From assembly GCF_036321535.1 (NCBI RefSeq), contig NC_087436.1:77130001-77194000 (forward strand): a stretch of 64,000 nt of DNA, read 5' to 3'. Source of the DNA: Camelus dromedarius (lineage: Eukaryota). Under the pieces are notes generated by a model. That model did no database searches, was not told where the DNA came from, and was given only the letters and a program-made list of their open reading frames with translations. Positions 38,511 to 51,466 of the stretch are shown piece by piece; the stretch's first letter is position 1, and each line of letters starts with the position of its first letter. The translations under genes were made by a program, and so were the position numbers.

Positions 38511-39439
38511 TCTCAGCTGAAAACAGAAAATACAATTGAACAAGTATTTATTTATTGTCACCAGTTAACATGATGATCGTGAGGCTACCATGTATTTTTT
38601 CCCCCTATTTATACTGTCCATCCAAGAATCTTCCACTAGGAGCCTGGTTTATATTTAGGACATGGTACATGGCTAATACTCAATGTCAAACATTTAATTT
38701 TGAAATAATATTCCAAGAAGTGTTAAGAAAAAATATTTTGTGTTCTGGTATATGTGGCATTTTTTGAAAATTTGGGAATGCACATGTTTTGAGTAATTAT
38801 ATGAGAAAGGATTACTATCTAAAACTGGATAGTAATAAAAGAAGTGGAAGAGTCAGAGAATATTGTAAAATGGCTGTATAACTGCACAGGTGGCAACTCT
38901 ACCTGGGAATATAGAATTTAAGGAAAAATTTTATGATGCTTGAAATTCTTTTAACAGAAATGTGTACCAGATCAATAAGAAAGCACATATTAAACTCTTT
39001 GCAGTAGTATCAGTACTAGCTCTAACTACATTTTCTCTTTTCTCTGACCAGGAAGAGATATTAGAGGATGAAAAGAAATTCAGAGTGAAATCTCATGGAC
39101 TGTCACTTTTATGTAGATGATATTTCTATTATTTGTTTAATAACAATATTACCCATAATGCGTTCCTTTTGGAAAGATTAAAATACCATTCAAGATTATA
39201 ATACTCCTAGGAAGTGTCTTATTAAGTCATCCAAGAAATGAGAAAGTTTTTAGCACATGAACTTAATAAAATTTCTTGGCATGCAGGCTGTAGTGACATA
39301 TGCTGTTTAGCAATTGTTCACGTTAGTAAAACAGTAAAGAACAAAGCAGTAGAGAATAAATTAAGGAAGACAGTCTTAACCCTGGGCAGCAATTCAGAGA
39401 GGTAGCAAACAGTGCATTGTTTTCAATAATCTAATACTA

Positions 39440-39665
39440 TCAGCTAGTGTTTCTGAAGGACTTATACTGTCAGGTATTGTGTCCAGCCTTTTACCTAATT
39501 TACCTTTACCCTCACAATAATCCTGTGAGATATTTTTTCTCAGTTTCTTAGATGAGGAAATCATTGTCCAGATAATTTCAAAAATATGTTACATCAAATA
39601 GCCATTAAATGTTGAAGCTGAAATTTGAATCAGGTCTCTCTCTCTCTCTGAACACTAGCTCTTAG
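39440..39665 (-). mobile_element. MIR remnant
   Basis: cctcacaataatcctgtgag...tagatgaggaaatc...atttgaatcaggtct. Confidence 0.75.
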
Positions 39666-39758
39666 TGAATGATAATGTTACCTCAACTCTTATCTTTTAA
39701 ATATATTTATTAATGTATATGTAAATTCTGAAGCAGGGACTTCCAAGAGAACTGAGGA

Positions 39759-40197
39759 TGTATTAGGCAGAGTAATGAGTCCCCAAAGATGTCCATGTCT
39801 TAATCCCTGGAATTTGTGAATGTTATCTATCTGACAAAGGGGAAATAAAGCTGTAGATGGAAGTCAGATTCCTGATCCGCTGAAGTTAAAGTAGGGAGAT
39901 TATCCTAGATTATCCTGGTGGGCCTACTGTAATCCCAGTGGTGTCAAAGTGGGCAAGCGAGGCAGAAGAGGACATCATGGTGATGCTATGTGAGAAGGAC
40001 TGAACTGCTTTCTGGCTTTGAAGATTGAAGGAGGCCACAACCTGGGAATGCAGGTGACCTCTAGAATGTGAAAAAGACAGAGAAGTGCATTTTCCCCTAG
40101 AGCCCTAATTTACAGAACTATAATAGAATAAATATATGTTGTTTTACATCACTTAGTTTTTGGTAATTTGTTATAGCAGCAGTAGAAAACGAATTCA
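39759..40197 (+). mobile_element. MLT1D solo LTR
   Basis: ccccaaagatgtccatgtcttaatccctggaa...gggagattatcctagattatc...tggctttgaagat...ggtaatttgttatagcagcagtagaaaac. Confidence 0.92.
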
Positions 40198-42224
40198 TCT
40201 CTTGGAGGTTTGGTTAGCAGAAATCTATATCCCCTGAGCCTGATCACCTGTGACAACCCGCCTGTGTGACCAGCCAGGTGCTTCAGACATTTAGAGTCCT
40301 ATTTGCAACTTTGACCTTATATTTTTCTAGATCCGTGCTATCTCCTATACACTATAACATTCTAGTAAGCAGAACTTTCTTGTTGAATGCCCAGTCCTAA
40401 GTGTATTTGGGCACTTTGTGTAGGTGGGCCTCTTTTCTCCCCGTTTCTAAGTGCTGCTCTAGTGTAGCATTATTTCAGTTCTGTCAAATACTTTGGGAAG
40501 ATGTACAGAACTTATGTCACCAAAGGCATAAAAATAATCAATTTAGTAACTTCAAGCTATTAGTACATTATTTTAGCAGTTACGAAAAGTGTGTTTAATT
40601 TAAAAAAATTACTTTATTGACAATGATCTTTGTCATCTATGATGACTTAGGTTTTTTAAAAGAAGTAATATGTATTCTATTTTATTTTTTCCTTACATTT
40701 TCTGTTCTACTTAGTATCCTATCCCTCTGTGAAGCTTAATATAACCTACCCAACTCAGGGTCTCCTGGACAAATCTATAAGGGTCTCCTCGACAAATCTA
40801 TAAGGGTCTCCTCATCCTCTCACTACTGGTTCTTAACATGGCAAATGTACGGATAGCTTTCCACTTTAGGTACAGCCTCTATCACCTAAAGGCTTCAGAA
40901 TCCTTACCTATGCCATCTGATTTTGACTCTTTTAAACGTTGACTTCTTTGTCACTTGGTCTTTTTCTGCTTCAGCCTAACTTCAGTTACAGAGCCTCCTG
41001 ACTTTGATTTAACAAGTCACTATCTACTCTTGTTCTCCTTTATCGATGTCTGTCCTGTAGAATGTGAGATCTATGGATGCAGAAACCTCTTCTGTCTCAT
41101 TCTCTAGTACCCAGAAGAGTTCCTGGCTAATAACAGAGGTTAAATATATAAATGCTGAACCAAGGGGCTCCTTATCCTGTTTTTCTTCTTCTAGAAATAA
41201 TATAATTTATATATTCTTGGAATTCCCAATTTATGTTCTTTACATTTACCAAAACTTTTCTGGACTTTTTTTTTTTTTTTTGCCTAAATTAGCACTTAAA
41301 AATATCAAACACATTTGTGATCTCATAGTTTAAAACCCAGTACATTAAATAGTCATTATGTTTAAGATTTAAACCATTATAGCTATCCAATAATTCAGTA
41401 AAATGTTCTACAGAAGGGATTACTGCTTTTTTAAAGACAATTTTACCCATAACTTTTTATTACATAAATTTCATTTTCTGTAGTATTTCTATAAAGAGGG
41501 TGTTTTTCTTCGTCAATCAATCTTACTTGCCTCTCCATTTTACGAAAGGCAATTTTTAGTTTTAACATTGCATGTGTAGCTTGTCATTCTCCTAGAAAAA
41601 AGTTCATTTTAGTGTTTAACAGTGTTTACCAAGAGTAAAAATATTCTGACATGAAATGCTTTGTTAAATATATTTAATTTTGTCTAATATGGATGTCATT
41701 AAGCTGTGGATCAAAATTATTTAACAGTAATAAAAAATAATTGTAATATGCTTTTCAGGAAAGACCACACATTTTATATAATGATTATTTTAATAAGTAA
41801 GATTTTTTAAAATTTAGGGATAAGTTCATGGTTTAAAAATAGAATTAATATAGGCTGGATACCAGGTTTTCTGTAAGTTTAATATGTTCATAAAAATGGA
41901 GGTGGCAAAATTAAATTTAGAATTCTGGATGCCATTTGATAAAAGCACTAAACAGTAATGAGCTTTGCTCAGGCTTTAAAAAAGAACTCATCTGGAAAAC
42001 ACACAGGACAACACATATGATATGCCGACAAATACCACAGTTAACATTCATAGATAGGACATAAGGGTAATACAGCCGTTTTCTTTCTGTTTAAGGAAAT
42101 ATTTTATTGTAGTCAGGTAAACAATATTACACAGCCCATATCTGTGTAATAACTTACAAAAACTTCTACTTTACTGTTCATTATCATCAAATTTCATAGG
42201 TTAATATTTTTGATAATCTAGTGT

Positions 42225-42739
42225 CAAGAAGAATTAATGATGGTATGTTTTTGAAAAGTAAACAAGCATGTAGTGGCTCATGATAAACTAGTTCTTCGGG
42301 AAATCCAGGGAAAATAGTTGTGACCAATGGGAGGTCAAAGGCAGAGAGTTTTTATGTAGGATAAAATGGAGGCATTTGGAAGTATGTGTAAAGGAGTCAG
42401 AAGGAAATACATCTTGGTGCAGATAACGCTAGTTGCTAGTTTAAATAGTTTCATCAGGCTCTGGAGTATGCATAAGGCTGTCTCTAGTTGTATGGTACCT
42501 GGGCTGGGTGATGAGGGCGGGGCATAGTCACTGGGAGAGTGAGAGCCTGATAAATGATATGATTGGGAGTATTTATGATTGGGGCTTTGAATCAATTGAT
42601 TGATACATGGAAGGTAGGTGCACTTTCAGGGGGGTCCTTTACTATCTCCAGGAACTGCCTGGTCCAAGGAGGGGCCGCCTCTTCAGGGTCAGCAAGACTC
42701 CAGGTGTAACAGCATCAGAATAAAGAGATGCTTAATACA
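42225..42739 (-). mobile_element. MER74-like ERVL LTR
   Basis: Ends cagggtcagcaagactccaggtgtaacagcatcagaataaaga...ttaataca; left boundary approximate. Confidence 0.7.
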
Positions 42740-42799
42740 GTTGCTCACCAGTCAAGGTGGATACAGTGTTAATTATTTATCTTTGTAATTTATATTCTC

Positions 42800-43705
42800 T
42801 AAATGCATACTTCATATATTTCCCATGCCTTTAAAACTGCTTCTAAATGCTGATGACTCTTAGTTTGTATTCAGCGCGAGCCTCTCTCTGAGCTTGAGCC
42901 TGAAATATCTGTGTCATCTACATGTCATACCTGGTTGATTCATATTCTTGAAGTTAACTTTTTGCTTGATTTCCAGACCCATTCTTCATCTAAAACTGCT
43001 CCTCTTCCCATTATCCCCAACTCCACTATCTTAGAAAAGTCATCATCAAAGTACCCTAACTGTTCCCATCTTTTGCTTTCCTATAGTACTTCACAGGTAG
43101 TATGATTTTTCTTTTTTAAACATAAATCTGATCAGGTAACTTCCTTGCTTAAGACCTCTGCTTGGCTTCCCTTTAAATATAAAAATCTTAGCTCCTTCCT
43201 GTGGCTTATCAGTCTCCGTGTGATCCAACAGTGGCCTATCTGTACCTCATACACTCTGCCTATGCTCATGTGCTCACGGCCCTCTGACCTTCCTCACTTC
43301 CTTTCCATTCCTCACAGCCCATGTGAATTCCTGTTCCACTAACTTGCCTTTCCCCTGCTTGGATTGCTCTGCTACGTGTTCTCATCCTCATCCTTCTGGT
43401 CTCAGCTCAAATGGCAGTTATGTTAAACAGTCTTCCCTGACCACTTGAGTTAACTAAGCCATCCTCTGCTCCTTAATCCTTTGTCAATTTTGTTTATTTC
43501 CTTCACAGCTTTTTAAAAAAAATACAGTTCATAATTATCTTTAGTTATTCAGGTATTTGTTATTGGCTTTCATTGCACTAAATGAAACCCTCAAGAGAGC
43601 TGAGACCTCGCCTGTCTTTCTTTCCCGTTGCTCTAATCTCACCCCTATGTTTTAGTGACTAGAATATACATATAGTCAATATTTTTGGAATAAACGAATA
43701 TATTA
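42800..43705 (+). mobile_element. L2 3' portion
   Basis: taaatgctgatgactct; aaatctgatcaggtaacttccttgcttaagacc; tctcagctcaaatg; tail tagtcaatatttttggaataaacgaa. Confidence 0.8.
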
Positions 43706-44349
43706 ATGGATGTGGTCAGAAAAGTCAAAGTGATCATCTGTGGCAGTTAAGAGTCTTAATTCCAGTATATCTGCCTCCAAGTCCAGCACTTTCTCAATTA
43801 TAATCTGAAGAGAGATGTGTATCTTTACCTCATGTTTTAAAAGAAAACCATCACAATTTATATGTTGTATTTTATTTCATTTTGTTAAGGCATATAAAGG
43901 TAGGCTAGATTTTATAGATTTGGTATTCATCCACAATTTGAAAATTCAGTATATTAGCTTATGTTTTACAATGAAGGTAGCAAGAGGAAGGAGAAGGAAA
44001 AACTATTTAATTTGGCTGAAACTCTAATTTCCTTTTTGAAATGTATCCTTATATAGCTTAATTTCCTAGCAAAAAAGGATCTACTGCAAGAACAAATTTT
44101 ACCTATATATTAAAGTAACATTTTAGGAAGTGATATAAACATTGTAGACACATTTAGCTGCCAATTCTTGGTCATTGTGAAATTTTTTATGTGGGTAAAA
44201 AAAAAATTAGTTAGTCAATTTCTCTTTATTTAGAAGAAAATTTTCTTTAATTTATACCAAAGTAATTGTACAGTTCATATCAATTTTTCTTTTTGTTTAA
44301 TTTTCTGAACGCAGTAAAGCAATTTCTGTTAACAAGTGATTTTTGTCGT

Positions 44350-44552
44350 TTTTTTACTTAAAATTTTTAAATTTTTGTACAATTTTTAAACATTATTTTC
44401 CATTTATAGTTATTACAGAATATTGGCTGTATTCCTTGCTGTTGTGCAATACATTCTTGAGCGTATGTTACACCCAGTAGTTTGTACCTCCCACTCCCTC
44501 ACCCCTGTATTGCCCATCCCCACCTCCCCCAGCTGGTAACCACTAGTTTGTT
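44350..44552 (-). mobile_element. Short L1 3' end (laurasiatherian/cetartiodactyl type)
   Basis: T-rich tail then aatattggctgtattcc...tagtttgtacctc...tggtaaccactagtttgtt. Confidence 0.8.
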
Positions 44553-44949
44553 GTCATTTCTTTTGATGTAGATTTCCTTACGTGGCTTTGATAAATGAGG
44601 CTCTTAAAATAAAACAAAATATATTAATTTATAAGTTAAGGAATAGAGTATGAGTAAGATAAAGTCAATATTCATTATTCTAAAAGTAACCTTTTATAAA
44701 AGAGATATGTATTCAATATAGAAGATAAGAAGTAAGCAAGGATGATAAAGATTCCCTGTAATTCTGCCAACCGAATTTGGTATTTTGATTTACTTCTTTC
44801 TTTTCATCTTAAAATATACATGTGAATCTATATTTTATATACTGTTTAAAATTTGGATCATGCCATACATTCCATTTTGAAATTTGCTAACAGTATATTT
44901 TGGACTAAGTTCAAAATTCTTAAATATTTGTCTGTAACTAATTTGTTTA

Positions 44950-45892
44950 TTTATTTTTAAAAATATTTTAAGTAAAAATTTTATGTATTTAAGGCATACA
45001 TCATGATGCTTTGATACACAGAGACATTGTGAAAGGATTCCTAAATTACCACCATTAACACATCTGTTACTTCATGTATTTACCTTTTCTTTTTTGTGAG
45101 AACACTTGGTACTACTCTCTTAGCAAATTTCAATTATACAATATAGTATTATCAACTGTAGTCATCATGTTATACATTTATCTTATAACTGAAGGTTTTT
45201 ACCCTTTAACCAGCTTCTATTTCCTCCACACCCTAGTCCCTGGCAACCACCATTTCTACTCTTTATCTATGAGTTCTCCTTTTTTTTTAGATTTTGCATG
45301 TATGCGACATCACACAGTACAGTCTGCCCTTTGTGTCTGTGGATTCTGCATCTGCAAATTCAACCAATGGTGGATGGCAAATATTTGGAAAAATAAAAAC
45401 TTCCAGAAAGCTCCAAAAAGCAGAACTTGAATTTGCCTCACACCAGCAACTATTTACATAGCATTTATATTGTATTTACAACTATTGTACTATTTACCTT
45501 GTATTAGGCATTGTAAGTAACCTAGAGTATATGGGAAGATGTGCATAGGCTATATACAAATTTTATATAAGGACTTGATGATACACAGATTTTGTGTATC
45601 TGTGGGAGGGGTTTTGGAACCCAGATCTCATGGATACTGAAAGACAACTGTATTTATCTTTCTTTGTCTGGTTTATTTCACTTAGCATAATTCCCTTCAA
45701 GTTTATCCATGTTGTTGCAAATGCAAGGATTTTTTAAAAAGACAATACTATTCCATTGTATATATAAACCACATTTTCTTTATCCATTCATTTGCTGGAG
45801 GACACTTAGATTGTTTTCATACCTTGGGTAAGGTGACTAATTCTTCACTGAACATGGGAGTACAAATAACTCTTCAAGGTAGTGATTTCATG
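44950..45892 (-). mobile_element. L1MA-type 3' end, interrupted by MER2
   Basis: tactctcttagcaaatttcaattatacaat; tggcaaccaccattctact; ttatttcacttagcataat; ccacattttctttatccattca. Confidence 0.9.
45320..45650. mobile_element. MER2-type TcMar-Tigger MITE nested in L1
   Basis: cagtc...caactg termini with TA duplication (45318-45319, 45651-45652); caactatttacatagcattta core. The L1 reads through once it is removed. Confidence 0.92.
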
Positions 45893-46372
45893 TAACAGTT
45901 ATTAATGGCAACACATAATATGGTGTACCATGTTTAGTTTAGGATTTTTGTTGCGCTTGATATTTCACATTATTCTTTTCTTGTAATATAGTATAATAAT
46001 GACAATATGCTTCAAATTTGAATTTGCTTACTAGAACACTAATTAGATTTTTTTTTACCATGTAATGTTTTAAACTTTAATGTTTCTGACATTAACGTTT
46101 CTACATTATTGCACATACCGCTAGCATTTGCTCTATATACTTTTTTCTTCCCTTTAATCATTACCCTTTTTTGGTATTTTGATATAATTTTATTTCTTGT
46201 TAACAGTATGCATGTAGTTTTTAAAAAACGAATCATCTAAGTGGAAAATTTCTGATAGTTAAGAGAGTTTAATCTACTTTCAATATTACTTCTTTAATTT
46301 GTATTAATTTTAGTGGGTGAGTGCATGTGGGAGTTTAGGTACATGAGCTACTTTGACCATTTTAGTTCCATC

Positions 46373-46950
46373 TCTTTTTTTATTGAGATATAAATGATAT
46401 ATAACATTATATTAGTTTTATGCATACAACATGATGTGATATATGTGCATATACTGCCAAATAATCACCACAGTAATTCTAGTTAACATCCATTACCATA
46501 TATAGTAACAAAATTTTTTTTCTTATGATGAAACCTTTTCAGATGTACTCTTTCAGTGGCTCACAAATGTTTATTACAGTATTATTTATTATATTCACCA
46601 CATTATGCATTACATCCCCATGACTTATTTATTAAATAACTAGGAAATTTGTACTTTTTAACTCCCTTCACCCATTTCACCCACTCCCTCACCCCTGCCT
46701 CTGTCAACCACCAATCTGGTCTCTGTATCTGTGAGGTTTTTTTGTTTGTTTGTTTTTGTTGTTTTTTTAGATTTCACATATACGTAAGATCATATGTCTT
46801 TCTCTGTCTGACATATTTTACTTAGCATAATGCCCTCAAAGTCCGTCTGTGTTGTAAAAAATGGCAATATTTCTTTCTTTTTCACTAAATATATAATATA
46901 TACCACATTTTCTTTATCAGTTCATCTATCAGTGCACACTTACGTTGTTT
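46373..46950 (-). mobile_element. L1MA9-like 3' end
   Basis: tttttttattgagatataa...tagttaacatccatt...cattacatccccatgactt...accacattttctttatc. Confidence 0.9.
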
Positions 46951-48552
46951 TCTCTGTCTCCTCTTGATAGCTTTTCTCCTAACATTAATAAAAATTATAA
47001 AGTCAATATTTCTCAAATTAAAGCTCACATTCTAGAGTATGATGGCAAAATGTCTCATAACTTCTAATTAAACCTTGTCATGTTACATCTCATTTTATTT
47101 ATATAAAATAACCATTAATACCAAGCCTAGCTCTAAAGAATTTAGAAACCTACTTCTTTACTTCATTTTTTTGTTGTTGCTGTTTCAATGACAAGCTTAT
47201 GCATTTGTGTTTTGAAATGTTAGCATATTATTTTCTTGGTGGGGGAGAATCCTACCTAAACATCCATTTAGTCCTCAGAGCACTGCAATTTGGATTGAAT
47301 TCCCATCTCAACTAAAATTGCCCTTTCCAGCATCACCAGGGACCTCTAGTTCATCAATCCATTGGTTATTTAATATTACTATCCTAACTAATCTCTCTGA
47401 TGCATTTGGCATTTTTTGAAAGGAATTCTCAGAAGAATATGATGGGAAACCATGTTGTGTCTCAATGGGCAGTCTCTTTTGGGTGGCCTTGTTTCACTGC
47501 ATAGAAAGTTTCATTCAGTGTTCAATTTTTGAGTTTGTTCTCTTCTGATTTATTCATTTCTCCTTGGGAGATCTCATTTAAAAGCTGTTTCCTAATTTTT
47601 CACATACAAGAGCCTGGTGTATTTTATTACAATAAAATTCTTAAATTTAAATCTGTATAGATTGTATGTATAGTACTAACAAAATTAGTCTACACCAAGC
47701 TACCATGTTTTTAATTGCAATAATTCTGCTAGTCCAGTATACTCAGTCTTCTCATTTGTCGGAATAACCAGCTATTTTGCTAAAACTGCTGTCAAAGCAA
47801 TAGTAAATTTATTCTAAAATGTTTTAATATTTGTGGTATTTGGCAGTATATTCAATAAGTTTTTAATTACATCTGATAGAAATACAAGTTCCATCTGTCT
47901 CACACGTGCGTCCTACTCAAAGTATGGCACTCATGCAAGTCTGTTTCCGATGTTCATAAATAAGATACCGACAAACCCACAATATTGGTACAGACTGTTC
48001 TGGACTAGGTTCTAAAACGTTAACCACAGGAAGTGATTTTAGTTCTTTTTTTAAAACCTTTTTTCCCCTCCATCAGGCTGCCCACGTGCTCGCTGTGGGA
48101 CTTTAGAATTTCTGGATCTTCTAAGTACTCAAAATTACTGGAATAACCAAATGGAAGGTGATCTTATTTACTTAAATAAAATGTGGACATATCACTGAGA
48201 CGACAGCTAAGTCTGGTTGTTCTGAAACTGGGGGTTTTAACAAAACCTGTTGAAGCCTGTAAAGTATGTGATCATAGCAAGTACAGATTAGTGCATTAAC
48301 GATCAACCTTTCTGATAATTTGTAAGATAACTTGGGCCTCTCCAACTGTAGCTTACCCTTCCACTGCTCTTGGACATTTGTATTTACAATATGAATTATT
48401 GCTTATTGAAATTTAACTCATTTTAAATGGAACAAAAGTACTAAAAATGGAATTGGTTTATTGTACTTAATAGCTCAGTTTTTCTCTGGAGGTGCTTTCT
48501 TTTGTAATTAATGTAGTCTTTATTACAATTTCAATTTATATAGAAATCTGAG

Positions 48553-48784
48553 CGTATACTTATAGTTCATAAGTATATACATATATTTCAATTAACTTAT
48601 TTAAATTAGCTTTTAAATTAAAAAATTTCTATTCATATAACTTTGGATAGGTTTCTCAGAGCTTTCTTTCGTATACTTATAGTTCATAAGTATATACATA
48701 TATTTCAATTAACTTATTTAAATTAGCTTTTAAATTAAAAAATTTCTATCATATAACTTTGGATAGGTTTCTCAGAGCTTTCTT
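48553..48784. repeat. Near-perfect tandem duplication, period 117 bp
   Basis: Copies start cgtatacttatagttc at 48553 and 48670 and differ by one internal indel (ctattcat vs ctatcat). Confidence 0.97.
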
Positions 48785-50138
48785 AACAGTTTGAACTTGC
48801 CTCAACATTTTTGAACACAGAAAACAATTTCTACAATGTTCAAAGATGGCACTATCTTTGATGTAATTAATATTTATCCTCTTTATTTTTTCTTGTTTAT
48901 AACTTAATAGAAAAAAATAAGCATAAAAAATTTGTTAGTTGGAAAATACTGTTTTTTTCATTTTTAGGATGAATTTTAATTACAATGATCATTTTGTTAA
49001 GGTTTTAATTCAGTATCTTGGTTCTGCTCAGTTCTACTCAACTACCCAATATTTTACCACATGGAAAATAACTTGAAGTACTTTCATGTTTTGTGTGGTC
49101 CTAATTATTCTTGATCAAGGATGACTGATTTTATAAAAGGCCATGATATTATCCCTCTCCGACTATTTTTATATTATAAAATGCTTAGATGAGTGAGTCA
49201 AATCTTTGTGGTATTGGCAAACCACAATTTTATTCAAGACCACTGTGGGTCAGAATCTAATTTTATCAACTTTTGGAAGTTGTATTGTTTTGGTGTTTGC
49301 AGATATCTGTTCAACACGTGATTTGTTAAATAAAATAAAGGGGAAATGAAGTATTATGCTTTATATTTTGATTGATGATATACAATAAAGATCACCTACC
49401 TTGTATTAAAAATCACCTTTATCTCATATTGAAAACCAAAGCTGTAGGCAGGGCCACTTTGCCCACATTAGTTTAAGTTCATGCCACAAAAGACAAGTAA
49501 ATTTTAAAACTGATGCCTTCTTTAGTCTTGTACTGCATACCTACTTATCAAGTAAATTAAAATAGCAAATTTCCTTTACTCAGGTGGTTCTTTTCTCCAG
49601 ATAGAAACTGGCAAATAAGAGATCCTGACAAACTGCTCTTCATTTACTGAGAATTTAATGTGGTGCACAATTGATAAAACTCTCCGGGGAAGCATAAGCT
49701 TAGGTAGGGAAGTTGACAATGGTGGGGCAGGATAGAAGAGTGTTGTTAACTTCCTGAAGGACATGTGAGAGGAAATGTGGGGTCAGAGATCTTTCTGTAG
49801 GCATTTGAAAGACCATTCCCCCTCCAGGGTAGGAATTACTAAGCTGAGTTATCACAGAAAATCAGAGGAATTACATGGAACTGGTAAACTGAGCTCCTTC
49901 TCCTTTAATGTCTGAACAACCTTGCTCTCAACTCTTGATTTCTCCAAGACATCCTTATGGTTATCTTTACATCTTTAAGCTGTAGTCTGTGTTCACTGCT
50001 TTTACTTCTCAGTCCTTAAATATCAATCTGATTTCCTCCCACCATTTTATGAATTCTCTCTTTCTCTCTATGTATGCACACAAACACACATATGAAAGGA
50101 TATATACTTATATAGGATACATATATGATGAAGAAGGG

Positions 50139-50141
<3 letters not shown>

Positions 50142-50176
<35 letters not shown>
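50142..50176. repeat. (TG)17 microsatellite
   Basis: Read directly. Confidence 0.98.
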
Positions 50177-50179
<3 letters not shown>

Positions 50180-51170
50180 GGATGGCATATATCTTACCTT
50201 TTGGCAATTTTTTCTAGAGCAGTAATAGATTAGGAATTTAGGATTTGGAACTTTTATTTCTTTCATATTCTTTGAGAAATATTGAACTGTACTGCTCAAT
50301 TCTATGAATAGTGACCAAAATTTAATCCAGTTCTTTCCTGAGTGGAGGAACTAACTAGTTACATTTTAATGTAATGCTCTTCTCTTCGTTAATTCGCTTG
50401 TATAGGTGCTAACTGAAGTATGAAATGGTATCCTTTTATTACAAGAGAGTGACATAAGCTTTCATCACTTTTGTGCAGTTGTGTTTGTTTTGACAGACTA
50501 GGAAGGATACAATAAGACTGTTAAAATTAGCAATGCAAAAATGACTATTACTGTAAAAAATCTAAAAGTGGAAGTCATTGTATAAAATATGAGTATCATT
50601 ACAAATAATGACGAAAATAGTTTCAACTACCTCTTATTTTCCCAGGCCATTTCCCAAGACACTTGAATACTAAGCAATATAAGAAGAGTGCTTATTAAGA
50701 TATAAGTATGTGTAAATACGCATGTGAACTGAAAATAGCCCCCTTTTAATGTAAAATCTTGGAAGATACTGTAGCTGAAGGGTTAAGTACGTAATAGATA
50801 AAAAATATTTTTTATCACCTCAAAAGGAAATCTTATGGCTTATAACTTTGTGTGTGTGGTTTTATTTTTTTTTAAATGTCTGCTTGGCATTTTTTGCTTA
50901 TGGATAAATTTGAATGTACTTATTTTATGCTTTTTTTCTTGACTCAGTGTGGGAAATGACATTTAGATGTAAGTGATAGAAATGACATTGAATTGCTTGT
51001 GATTTTAAATGTAAAACTCTACTATTCATAATCTTCTAGACTGAGTTATGGTAGTTAGATATATTTTAACATCAGTCCTCATTTTAAGGACTTTAGGTTA
51101 TAGTAAATCCAGGTGAGACTATTTGAAACAAAATTTTGTATAAAGAGATTTCTGGCTGTGAGAAACTTAA

Positions 51171-51466
51171 TATTTTTTTATTTTTATTGAAGTATATAGA
51201 CAGTTCACAATGTTGTGTCTATTTCTGATGTACAGCACAGTACTTAAGTCATATAGGAACATACATATATTCGTTTTCAAATTCTTTTTCACCATAAGTT
51301 ACTACAAGATATTGAATATGGTTCCCTGTGCTGTACAGTATAAACCTGTTGTTTATCTATTTTATATATAGTAGTTAGTATCTGCAAATCTTGAACTCCC
51401 AATTTATTCCTTCCCGCCCCCTTTCCCCCAATAACGATATGATTGCTTACAATGTCTGTGAGTCTG
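51171..51466 (-). mobile_element. Young 5'-truncated L1 3' end (camelid-like) with perfect TSD
   Basis: ttttattgaagtata...acaatgttgtgtc...gttactacaagatattgaatat. TSD gagaaacttaa at 51160-51170 and 51467-51477. Confidence 0.92.

Noticed and set aside
40757..40813. Short direct repeats as a CRISPR array
   Set aside because: The units are contiguous with no spacers, there are no cas genes, and the context is mammalian.
49989..50299. CV- and HT-repeat ORFs
   Set aside because: They are translations of the (TG)n microsatellite.
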